The notes under the pieces: model-generated
Seen by the model: only the letters and a program-made list of their open reading frames with translations
What the model was told of the DNA's origin: nothing
Databases searched by the model: none
NCBI GenBank assembly: GCA_046563655.1
Contig: CM102287.1
Location: 6,944,001 to 7,008,000 of the forward strand
Reading direction: 5' to 3'
Source of the DNA: Yuukianura sp. NJ FZ-2021
Taxonomy: Eukaryota
DNA length: 64,000 nt
Position numbers and translations under genes: made by a program
In this document: positions 36,978 to 49,900 of the stretch, one piece after another
Layout: each line of letters opens with the position of its first letter
How positions within the stretch are numbered: position 1 is the first letter of the stretch

Positions 36978-37967
36978 GCATAACATTTATATTGCGTGAT
37001 CGTGAATCGAGTTTCTATTTCTATTTTAAAAATGCTAAAATGCAAAATGCAATTTAGAATTGCTGCAAACCCGTTCTGGAGATCCAAAATATTTGTTAAG
37101 TTGTTGATGAATTTACTAGGAGACACCAGAACTTTTGAGTGTCAAATTCTGAATAAGTGGTCAGTGATGGGAGTCTATTTAATTGTTAAGGGCATGATTC
37201 TTGTTAAGTCAAAGTTGTTTTTCAGTTTGGCTGTAATTGATCATACGCTAGCGCTTCTTCGAATTTTGCAAAATATTTGTGACTGGGTATCGTGTTCAAG
37301 TTGCATCATGAACATGAACATCCTTGTTTAAGTTTTGAAGACTTTTGTGATTTTGTTTTTCTTTTATTCGATTTTAGAGCTAACAACTACGACATGTGAT
37401 AGAGAGATGAAGTGGGATTTGGAGATCCGAGAAGAGCTAACCTTCACTTTCATTGCATTTTGGCTTGGGATTTGAGGGGAGTAAGGGAAAATGACTCAGC
37501 CGAGTTAGGTTGTTTTGAACAGAAACCTCAGCTGATCTGATGCCACTTCGGCTGCTGTTTCTACTTCTAGTGCCTATGCTGAAGTTGTTTCTCATAAGTG
37601 CTGGACTCTGCTCGTATGTGGTAGTAGTTTGTGGTTACTGCTGAAGATTCATGAGTTTCCAACCTTTGCACGATCCTGGTAAATGTTTGCAGTTGTTTAG
37701 CACAAGAGTGGTAGGGGAGGTGGTACTCACAGAACGTTAAGAGAACTTGCAGGCTTCGCTCTCACTTTCATTCTCTTCCCGAATGACGACCAGAGTAGAG
37801 CTGTTGAAACTACTCACGACTGCTGACCAAAGCCCTTGATTTGATCCAAGGCCTCCAGTGACAGATTTTAGACCAAGGTTAACGTATAGTCAAGTGTCTG
37901 AAGGGCCCTGGACTTAAAATTTAGTTTTCTCAACTTGTTGACATTGGTCCTCTGAGCAGTGCTCAAG

Positions 37968-40900
37968 ATGATTGGGATCTTCGAGAACCCTACACCACCG
38001 CGTCCACCAGCGACGCCATCGCTCTTGAGCCCTTATGCCCAAGAGACAGCAGAGGCAGATGAAGAAGTGTCGTTTCTGGCCTCTGCATCTATGAAAAATA
38101 GTACTGACACTGTAGAACTTCCTGTTGTGTACCGTGATCCGCATCATCTTCCGGGAGACGGAAGTCATATGAGTGACTATTCGTCGAGTCGTGGATACCA
38201 CGGGTTGAGTGAACCAGAGTATCCGAAGTCCATGGTCAACTCGGTCACGCAGTGGACGGAACTCACATCTCGGATTTTCTATGGTGACCAAACGGAAATG
38301 TCAGTCGATGGAAAGTTGACGGATCGGCAGATGAGGGATTTGTACAATTATAGTATTGGAGTTGGACACGATGGATTTGATGTAAGTCTTTTAAAAAAAT
38401 TAATGTATTTTTAAATGAAATTCTAAAAATAGCTTGAAGATACTCTAATTTCGTTTGTGCAATTTCTGGATTTAGAGTTGTATTTTGAAAGTTTTCGATA
38501 GAAAAGTGGCTGAATTTCAATTTCAATTCCGAGTGTGGTTTTTTTTTGAAACTTTTGTTTGCAGTTTGTGATGTTTGTGTTCCGCGTTTTTTTTCGATAA
38601 GTGAAAGAAATATTTTTTGAAATTGGCTGAGCAGGATTGTTGGAGCGGTTTTTGGACATGCTAGGAACTGCCACCACATTTAATATAGTGATTTAGGTTT
38701 AGCGTAAGTTTCCTTTCATGGGTTTCTTTTAAATATGGATGTAAATATGTTAATTTAAAAAATATATATTAAAATCCAGCTAAAAGTGTCAATGTGAGTG
38801 GCAGGATGAAACCCCTCCTAGAGATTTTTATTGTTCGAGAGGATACATGAGATTTGCCCTTGAGTTTTTATTATGAAGGAAATTACACTCAAAGTAACAA
38901 AAAGTTTCAAAGGTTATTTGCTAAAACTTTTGTACTTTGAGCAATACTACTTAATGGTAGACAATAGACGGTATGGAATTAACATTTTGTTAATTCTAGC
39001 AGCATTTGTGTGTTAATTTAGTTAAAGCTAGTTTACTTTAGTTATCCTGTGCTATGTGGTTGCATGTACAGCACGTGTAACCTACTTTGATTATTAACTC
39101 AAGGTGGGTTATACTAGGTTAATTGTGTTGTTTTTCCTGTTGTTTTTGGAACCACCAAAAAAGTTTGCAATGGAGTGTCAAAATCAGTTTGTTTTTTGGT
39201 GAAATAGTAAGTAGGTCCATTTTTGTTTAGATAGTGAATGACCGATTCACACTGGTCCATTTTTCTGTTGGTTTTTCTCTGGAGCCGGAAAGTCTAAATT
39301 TAGTAACCTCGTGATTGTTTGAACAAGTTATGAAAAATCGTTTTTAACTTCAGTAGGTTTTATACTATTCTATGGCAATCTTCGCAGTATTTAAATTTAG
39401 TTGTATTTTTGTGCCATTTTTGCGGGAAAGTAGGAGTAGGACAAGTATTGGATGAATTTTTATTAAATGTAGATTTAATTCCTAAAACCGGGTACCATTA
39501 ATTACTGTTTCTAAGAAGTTGGATGTTGGTAATCCATTCTTTTAGTAGAAAAGGCGAAAACCGGCTTTTGTGAATTGAATTGCTGCGTGACTTTTTATGT
39601 TCATTTTGTTTTCAGAAGAACTTTAACTTTTTTTGTGGAGATCAAAAGCAGGAATTGGAAAAGAGGAGCTTGGACGAGGACAAACTTCTCGTACTTTCGC
39701 TTTTCAAAAACTTTTGAAGGTCGGGCTTTCTCCCGCTTTTTCCCGGGCTGAACCACTTAAGAATGAATGAAGGACTGGGGAAAAGCGGGTTTTCTGTTAC
39801 CAAGGAATGCTTTTGTACAGAGGTGTTCTCATTCAGATGTCCTTTATCCTTCCAGTTCAGTCATTTCAAACGCCAACCCACACGCGATGATGAAAAAAAT
39901 AGCACCGAGTTGAAGGAAGTTCGTGCTTTAGCACAGTAGTTGGTTCCATAAGAGGCAGGTTTAGGTTAGGAACAGGAGTAAGTTGAAATCGATCCAATGA
40001 CATTGGCATGACCTTTGGCATTTAAAACCGAGGACTGGAACTGCAGTTTCTGTTGGCTGTTTTTTGTGCCTCTTGGCATAAATTTGACTTACGACAGTCA
40101 CTTCCGTTGACTCTTGTATTGTTTTCTATTGGCGGATACTTTAGGTTGACGGGTAACGACGGGCAGAAGGTCGTCAAATACAAAATTCCTGGTTAACTTT
40201 CCTGAACTTCCTGGGCTTTGATGGATTTTGACAGGAATTGACTATTTTTAGTACAATTTTGTATTTGCTTTTAGCATGATGGATGGAAACGTGTCGTGAT
40301 GATGATGCATGATGAAAAAATGTATGTTGCTGGATAGTTCTGAATGATTTGAGTTTGAGTCAACATGTACTGTTAGACGTTAGGTCTAAGTTTAAGTAAA
40401 CGATTAAGTTAAAGGAGTATTTTTCCAGACCGTCATCGTCGTTAGGTTAAGCTTTTGAGACAATGTTTTATAGTCATAGTCTATAATATGAGGAGAGGTC
40501 ATTGGACGTTGGACTGGAACGATCCGTGTGGCGGAAAACGAGCGTTTTCTTTTTAACTTCAGAGGTGAATAGATGGAAATGTGCTGGAATTGTGAATATG
40601 TAGCTTAAATTGATTTTTATGGGCAAATAGTTGAATGCGGATCTTTTCTTGATGTGTGGAGGGGTGAAGGTTTGATGAAGAGCGTATCATGTCTTGTGTA
40701 GGTTTAGTAGACGAGGTCAGGTCATCTTCACCACTTACCAAAAGAGATGATGGAAGTCACGAAATGCTGGGCGTCCTTCCATGTCAATCAAACCTAATTT
40801 CTGGTTCTGGTGTTGTGTAATAGCTTTGTGCAGGATAGGATTGCATTGTGGAAGTTGCACAACAGACTGACTTGCCAAGGATCTTCTTCTGCCAAATGCA

Positions 40901-43900
40901 GTTTCTTGTTTTGATGACAACAAAATTTGAAAACTTCATCCGAATTTAAATTAAAAGTGTAAAAGACGTGTTTAGTGAAGGGTATTACAGGGGCGGAGAA
41001 TGCATGGAGAGAAATGAGGTTTTAATCTTTGGCGGAAACTTTCGAATGTGGTTTTAGTAAACTTGTTTTCGACTATGGATTAGGATTAAAAGTGTAAACT
41101 TATTTAATTAACTAAGAGGAAAACAGATGAGTTTCAGCTGGATTTTTGTACTATGATTATAATTCTAATTATAGTCCTAGCTGCATAGGTTGAAAAATTT
41201 TCAGGTTAAATTAGTGATCAGTTCATCGCAACTTAAATGAAAGTCAATGATATTTTAATTTACAATTGGCAAAGTTTTCATTACTTTGAAGTTAGTGCAT
41301 TTAAGAGGTTGTTGTCCCTTTGTATTTTGCAACTTGTGTTCAATTCAATCGAATTACTAATCTGGAGATATTTTTGTCAATATCATTTCGTAATCCGATT
41401 TCGCTTGTATTTTTTTTCTCAATTATGAAAAAAGCGATTTGTCCCTGAAGTGATTTTTTTTTGTCTATAAGTTGTTTTTTGTTTTTGATTAAAAGTCATA
41501 CGAGGGATGTTGCTACCCTAGTTTTTTGAAAGCATAATTGGTAGGGGTCAAGTTATTGACTTTGGTTTAATAACACTGCACTTTGCAATGTTAAGCTCTG
41601 TCCAGTAAATATAGCGTGACGACTTTCGTCCTTTCATGTCTATGTAGTAATGATTGTTACATCTGATCTTGTTGAACACGAGATCACGACAAACTGTATT
41701 GAACATTTTGCAAAGTTGTTACTTATCACGGATTTCATGCTACAGATCAAGAGCAAAAGAAGTTCTTTAACAAAATGACTATGTAAGAGGGCGTGACATT
41801 GGTCTAATCTGAGTTTCATAATGTTTGAAGTAGTAAATGTTAGTAGATAATTAATAGTTTATGGTTGCAAAGGAAGATTATTAACGTTAAAGTAGTAATA
41901 AAGATGCTCTCTGTCTTTGAATTGTTTGTACAATGACGCAACTTTGCCCTCCGACTTTTAGTTTTTGAGTTATGCAGCGTAAAGATTTTGAAGTATAAAT
42001 AAAGTCGTTTACGCCAAAAAGTTCTTCCTTTGTGTTTTGTGTATTATTAGTTTAGGAAAGAATGTGACAATTGCTTCAACTTTGCTCGATAAAAACTTGG
42101 AGGCTGACTAATGGGTTGGTGGTTTTGTTAAGTGATTGCTTCACACTACAAACTTCTGTTCCACGTGTAGTGGAGTTGCACGAACTCAAAATGTGGATGA
42201 TGAAGGCAAAAGTGGATTAGTCATAATCTTTAACAAATTTAAAGTGTGGGGAAAAGTTAATTTGATTTCCTTTGGACCTAATTATTGCAGGCCTCGTCAT
42301 GTTTGTTGTTTAGAGACAAAGGAGAGGACAATGCCCTTAAATTGGGCGCCATTTTGAAATTTGGTAATCCAGAGAAGTTGAAATGGAAATGTTTTTGGTT
42401 GTGAAATGTTATAGAAGGTACAGGTTGATTATGCTTTCTTACCACAAACTTTGTTGAGCTCTGAAACCACTATGCCAGAACTAGGGGTCGGAATCCGGAT
42501 TTTGGCTCCGGATTCAAATCCGGATTTTTGACGGATTCGGATTATTCAAAATCCGGATTTTTAAATACTGAAATCCGGATTTCTACGGATTTCAAGAGCT
42601 ATTCGAGGGCATGTGCGGTATCAAAAAAAATAGCCAACCTCAGATTTACTCAATTTCAGGGTTCGTAAAATACCGTATTTTGTATTGTTGTGCCAATGTT
42701 GTGCTAATGTTGTGCTAATGTTGTGCTAATGTTGTGCCAATGTTGTGCTAATGTTGTGCTAATGTTGTGCCAATGTTGTGCTAATGTTGTGCCAATGTTG
42801 TGCTAATGTTGTACCAATGTTGTGCTAATGTTGTGCCAATGTTGCGCCAATGTTGTGCCAATGTTGTAATGTTGTGCTAATGTTGTGCCAATGTTGTGCT
42901 AATGTTGTGCTAATGTTGTGCTAATGTTGTGCTAATGTTGTGCCAATGTTGTGCCAATGTTGTGCCAATGTTGTAATGTTGTGCTAATGTTGTGCCAATG
43001 TTGTGCTAATGTTGTGCCAATGTTGTACCAATGTTGTAATGTTGTGCCAATGTTGTGCTAATGTTGTGCTAATGTTGTGCCAATGTTGTGCCAATGTTGT
43101 AATGTTGTGCTAATGTTGTGCCAATGTTGTACCAATGTTGTAATGTTGTGCCAATGTTGTGCTAATGTTGTGCTAATGTTGTGCCAATGTTGTGCTAATG
43201 TTGTGCTAATGTTGTGCCAATGTTTCATTTTTTTTCAACACTAGTAATTTGATTCAAAAAATAAACACGCCGAATTTATCATCAAGGTTTTAGCTACGAG
43301 TGTTTCCAACCTGCAATTCCGACAGCTTAAATCAACTTTGAATTTCTTGTGGGAGTTAACACAGAAATTGAAATCCGGATTTAAATCCGGATTTCAGGAT
43401 TGAAATCCGTCAAAATCCGAAATCCGGATTTTAAGAAACCCGTTCCGGATTCCGACCCCTAGCCAGAACCAAGTAAATGTTGATAGTGTAGAGGGCAAAG
43501 GGCGGACGCTTAACTATTTAACTTTGTGGCTTGTTGTTCCGAATTTTATTGGTATATACAAAATATAGAAGTCGTCAATGAAAATGAACTTGGAACTTTA
43601 ATTTGTAAAGTTAGTTTGTAATAGTAAAGTTCTAAAGTTCGAAGTTTATCTGAGAAAATGCGGTGTGCGACAGGCTTTACAACGTAAACTGCCTTGAGAA
43701 AGTATGGTTACCTCAAAAGTAGATGATGATGTTCGGTTGAGAAAGTGAAAAATGCTAGCGTAGTGAGTACTTTACTAATCAGGATTTAAGTAAAAATCGT
43801 CGTAGTAATTTATTTTTAGTTTTACGGACTTGAGTGTTAAGATATTTTTTCATAATCTTCTATTTTTTTTAAATTTTAGGCTCGACTGTTGTCTGAAGCT

Positions 43901-46900
43901 TTTTTGTCATCGGGACGAATTGATCATGCAATTCAGTTGATGGCTTACCATGAAAACTACTTGGAAATATTTCTTCGGACACATCACTTCCTGCTTCGTG
44001 GAGATGGGCCACTTCCATTTACGTATCGACACTATATCGCTATCATGGTGAGCATGTCCAATTCCTTTTTTTGAAATTTGCACAACTACATTACATAAAA
44101 TGTACGAACAAAAAACATGGCATCGTTCAATTTTTTACGGGAATGTTTCATGGAGTGATGAACTGTGTATTGAATTTTCAAAATCTGAATTTTCAAATTT
44201 CCGGGAGGTAGGACAAGCAATTTGCAATTTCGTGTTCACCGTTACAATAAGAACGTTAGATCTTATGTTAGATTGTGATTTTTTTATGTGACACGTTAGG
44301 GGCCGAGATCGTATGTCTGATTAGGTTGTAGCGGGATTCCTGTTTACAGAAAATTGGACTCGACGGGAAGTCATAGTTTATGCTATTTTTCTATTCTTAG
44401 CTCATTCTTTTGTGTTTTTTTTTGTGAGTTTTATTAGTTCTGTTTTTTTGACGAACAGGAGTGCCTACAATTGTGAACTGGTTGGAAAGGCCTCTGATCT
44501 TTTGTGTTTCTTTTATGAGCTCCTGTTGCTAGGCGTCGAAAGTCGGCGGATGAGGATGAAACGTCAAATTATGCAATGACTGTCATTTCCGAAGTGATTC
44601 ATCTCGTGATAGAAGAGAAAAGAGAATAGAAGTTGCATTTTTAGTACTCTGTGAGAGGACTTGCATTTGGAGGTTGTTATGTTGGATGTTGACGAGTTGT
44701 TGCAAATAATGCAACAACCCCACCAACCAAAACAACAACCCACTCATCTGTTCAGTGAACCCGTGTCTGTTTTTTGACATTGGGAAGTAGGGAAAAGAAG
44801 ATTCCAAACTTGCGCAACAAATAATTATAGGGAATAACGACTACCCATTCTTATGTCAGTTTACTTTTCCAATGAACTTTTCCATTAGGAAATGAACGAT
44901 TTTGCATAAGGTGTAGTCAAAAAACTTAAAAATGTAGTGTTGTACCGTGTAATGCAAGAAATTTAAGCGAGTACGGAAGATACGATATGGTTGGTGTTGG
45001 TGAGAAATCATAAGATTGGGCATTTTCTTCCTGGTGAAGATTAAATACGTGATTTTGCAGGAGTATCCTTCATTAAGTGATGCTGCAGTCACGGAATTAG
45101 CAGCAGGAAAAATTAGTTTTACATGGAGAAAGAAATTAGTTTTACATTCAGGAAATTTTAAAAGATGCTTTCACATAGCATCGTAAGATGTGTGACGTTT
45201 GAGGGATACAAGGTTCCTTAACCCAGAAATTTTGAGAATCAATTGTACAGTTCAGCTTTTTAAGTTGGAAGAATATCTTCTTTTTTTTTCGCAGAAACCT
45301 TGATTTTTGAGGTTAAAACGTACAAATTCTGACTTCGTTTACATTTGTTTCTGTCTATACATAAAAACACTTTAAATTGGATTTGTTAAAGTTTTCTTGA
45401 AAACGGGAGCGTAGAACTTCGTGTAACCTCCGTGGTGAAAGACGTTCTTTTGTGGTTTCAACGAAGAGCGTGTGCATGACCTTTGTTGAACTTGACTATT
45501 TTTTGCAATTTCGCAGCGAAACCCCGAAAGATCCTGATCTCGGTGTATTTACGACTTCGCTGTTAGCTTTTCTCGTTTCTGGTGATGAGTTTTTGGCAGT
45601 TTGGCCCTTGACCTTGATTACAAGGCCTACTGTAGGCAGTAATTAAATAGGCCTTGCCTAGAAGTCGACAGACGAATGGCTTTGCTTGCCAAAATTCAGA
45701 AGTTTTATATTTCCAAGAAGTATCTGTAGAGTGTTTCACATTCGCACATGTTTTTAATGTCAGTTTGAATGGCCTAGATTCGATTTAAAAACACTTTGGG
45801 TGTTGTGTTCTGCAAAAGTTTTTCTCGTTCCACTTTAAGTTTTTTTAGACTTCGAATTTACTTTTTGGAATAAATGTTCACTGTTGTTGAGATTGTGGCA
45901 GGATGACATTAAATAGCCCAAGTAAGTACTATTCGATCGAACCTCAGATTCTTCGTGTTCTATTTCAAGAATTTTCGCAGTACACTCGAATTTTTTTGTT
46001 TTCCAAAAAAAAATGTGAGGCGTTTGGTCTTAATCCAAAGTCGCAACTTTTAGGTCGGAAATCAATGTGACGGAAGGTTTCTATTAAAGATTGTAAAGGC
46101 TAAAAATGAAAGCAACAGTGCCAAAAACGTTGTAGCTTTTTTTGTATAAGTTAGAAACAAGGAAAGTTGATTGCTCCCTGAATCGATCCTGCCTTTCTTA
46201 TTTTTAGAAATTTCGTGGAACAGAAAGTTTAGGCGCTAGTACACTCGTTACGTTTGTTGTTATTGAATTGTTTTTTATAGTATTCCCATAATTCAGGCGT
46301 TTTATTAGTCGTAAACGGTGTATCGTTAGTTTTATGTTTTGTTTTGAAAAATGTTTCGTTTGTAATTTGACTGTACTGTTGCACAATTCGATGGAAGTGT
46401 CAATGACTTCTATTTTTAATCAGATGGTATCGCGATTGATTCGAATAAGTTAGTTCATCACAAACAGTCAAAACTCATGTGAAGGATGAAATTGGAAGAT
46501 GAATCAATTCCATGAGCACTTAGGAAGTGTAGATTTGCTTGGCCAAGTACATGTACACTACGACGCTGCAGATTATATTCGAGTAACTAAAGATTCGTTT
46601 TACAACATTAGTTTGGTGATTTATCATCTCATACATCATTTTCCGATTTTTTAGCGTCTAACCTAGTAACGTCTGGCCTGCAGAGAGCAAAGGTGAATCT
46701 TAATGGAGTTATATACGAGACATTTGTAGAATTTTGCAGTGACGATTATTGCTGCTGGATATGCTCAGACGTTGGGGCGACCTGGACCCAAGTTGGCTGG
46801 AAGAAGCAGTCACGCAGTGAGTAGCTGGATGCTGGATCATCATCGGCTATTGACTTGCCTTTCATCTCGTCTAATCTCTCCCTTCCACTGTTTACGCTTC

Positions 46901-49900
46901 ACAAACACATTCTTATTTCGGAGTCTTTGCTGTTGACAATGTTTCCACGAGCAAAACATTTGAGCACATGGCCTTCTTAGGAATATATGACATCTTATTC
47001 CTTCGTGTTCTTCAACGTAATCCGCCGAATCTCTCTTCAGCAGCAGTGTTAAGTGTTAAACTGTGGTTTATTTCCAATTCTTGTCATGCTACTTGTTGAA
47101 AGGATTTTTTTAAATGTGGGCTTTTAGACAAACAAAATTGTTTCGAGGAGTCAAATTTATGTTGCTTTTATGAAAGTTGTGAGATTGAGTTTTGTTTTTG
47201 AAAAAACTTTGTAGTTTTTTTAGTTTCTCCAATTTTGCCAAATTTTGGGGCGTCGTCAGCTCCAACTTGTTGTAACTGAATTCGCTTTTCATTTTTTCGT
47301 CTACTGTTGTCATTTGAATTACAATTGGATTCAAAACGCCTTTGAATTATTTACGAGGTCGCTTCTGTAACACATATCACATTTTATTTTTTTTTGGAGC
47401 TGCGGGATTCTTCCGTTGGCGACTGAATTGACTGAGAGGAAAACGCTCTTTTCCAGAATTTTTTTTTGCAATGGTGCGCTACTGAAGCTTTTCGTTTAGA
47501 AGTTGTTTTACGCCTAGGCGATATTATCTGCTAAGCTCCACCTACCGAAGCATACGTACAAAATAGAATATATTGAAGCTAGGTATTATTGATCATGGTG
47601 TACATTGGAACATGGTGTTACATTCGTTCCACGTGCCGGCTTGAGTTGGAAAGGTCGATGACCTCTTTGGTGTTGAGGTCAAGTGAAGTCGTACCTGTTA
47701 CTTTGTGAAGCCGTCATGAGCGTATGAGCACACCGCTTAAACTAGCGTGGTCGTTTACATTTGAAAGATTGTTTGACAGCGTAGGAGAGATTAGTGTTGC
47801 TTTAACAGGGATACAGCATTATAACTTTGTTGATCTAAAAAGTGCGGATAAAAAGTAAAGTGTTTGGAATTCCTCATGTGTGGGAAAAGTTGAAAAGGCG
47901 AGGTTGACGGAAGATGGATTGAAGTGGCTTTGATGATGAGCATATGAAGAGACAATGGAAGTGGAACTAGAGTCAATATTTCCTTCTCTAGCGCTAGTAT
48001 CATCGCCACAGGCTTAATGCTGACTTTGTATTTGAACAGAACAAATTTCTGAAATGGAAAAATCTTTTGGAATTTTCAAGACGGTTGGAGGGGGAAAGTT
48101 GAAGCGAGATTTTTCAAAAGTTTTCCGTGTTTTTGGTTGCATGCGATTTTCACCGGAAAAATTTTTGATTCATTTAGCTAGTTGTTCAGTTCACTTTGTT
48201 AGAAAAAGTTATGAATTTTTGTAATATTCTATTTTTTGAAAATTTCCGTTCAGATTTGTATTTTCTCGAGGTTTATCATGACTGGCTGCAGCTGGGGCTG
48301 GCAGATTTTCAAAATTCGGCTTTGTTTGAAAAATTACAAAAATGAAAAGAGTTGATGGAAGTTTCAAAAAAATGAAGCGAAAAATAAAAGCGGCTTTCGG
48401 ATGACATGACAAAACGGATCAGTTTCTTTTGGAAGAGTTTCAAATTGGGCTCGAATGGAAAAAAAAGCTTTGCTTTTCTGTTTGAAACTTTGGACGATGC
48501 CTCCAACTGCTAGTAATTTTCCTCCATCTGTCAAAATCTGAACAGCTTGTTTAGGAAAAATTCAAACAGAAACCAGGAAATAATGGTTATAGTTCAGGAA
48601 GTGACAGCTTGGTTTGAACAGCGTGTAAGGTACTATGCGGAATTTTTGAATTTATTTGTACAATGTTAGCTGTTCAGTAACAATCGTGTACTTTGTGTGC
48701 AGGAGTTTCCAAAATCGATCTAAAATCTGAATCAGAATCAATCCAGCAGAGTTGGCTGAACTATGTCTTCTGTTTGCCAAATGGCTTTCTTTTGGATGAT
48801 TTTCGAATGTTTTTAGTTTGAGTTTTGAAAGTATTATAGCTGCGATTTTATAGATGCAAAGTATCGCATGCTAAAACTAAATAGAGCTATTAATAGAACG
48901 TTTTGACTTTCAAACTCAGAAATTTAGCTGTTGTTTTTCAAATAATTGGCAACATGGAAAAGCCTAAAACTGTAAACATGTTACTTAAATGGTTTATTAC
49001 TCCCTGAGTTGAAGGACCTTGGTTCAACATGGACTAAGCCTATGTGTTTTAGAAACGAACCAACATTGTTATATTATTTGATATTAAGCCTATGTGTTTT
49101 AGAAACGAACCAATATTGTTATATTATTTGATATTATTTAGTTTGTATTATTATTAAATTTTTACTAATATTTATTGATTTCTTGTTTGTTTTTGTAGGC
49201 AGCGGCTCGGTTCCAGTGCACTTACTTGATGGAACTTCAGAAACGAGAATTTCTGTACCAAGGTGGAGATCCGAAGTGGCTTAAGGGCCTGGAATGTGCT
49301 CCGCAGAAGCTTACGAGCCTCTACCATATTAACAAAATGATGGCCCACCGACCCTGGACACTTACGAAGGAGGACTTTCTGCATTTAACAAAGAAGGCGG
49401 GATGGTCACTTTCTGAAGTAAGTTTTCAAAACAGTCAATTTTTGAACAAAACAGTCAACAGATTTTTGAAACAAAAATTCTGGAGAATGTTTTGAATTAT
49501 TGATGAGAAGTTGAATATTTACTAATTTCGTCATAAACTTTTGTTTAGCGTAAATAATTCCTTCCGTTCATTCCTCTCCATTTGGTGGCGTGAGATTTTG
49601 GAAAAATGGAATTTATTCATAATCGAATAACAAAAGTAGTCGTGGAATTGCTAATAATCAGATTGAATCTCATGGAGAAAAAAATTCGACTCTTGTTAGC
49701 ACTGTGGATGAAGAGGCTTCTTGAAAATAACAATGGTGAAGTGCTCATGCAGCTCCCTGATGCGAATCATGTTTAGTTCCAAGGACAGTGCTGGATTTTG
49801 TCTGAAAGCTGTTTTAAATGAGAAATTCGAAGAATGAGCAGGTTTCAAATTGTTCCTGCGTGAGAATGTATGAAGAGATCGAAAAACATCAAAGTTTTAG

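Noticed and set aside
42687..43224. Possible CRISPR-like array
   Set aside because: Contiguous 11-bp units with no unique spacers, inside a eukaryotic MITE; it is a minisatellite.
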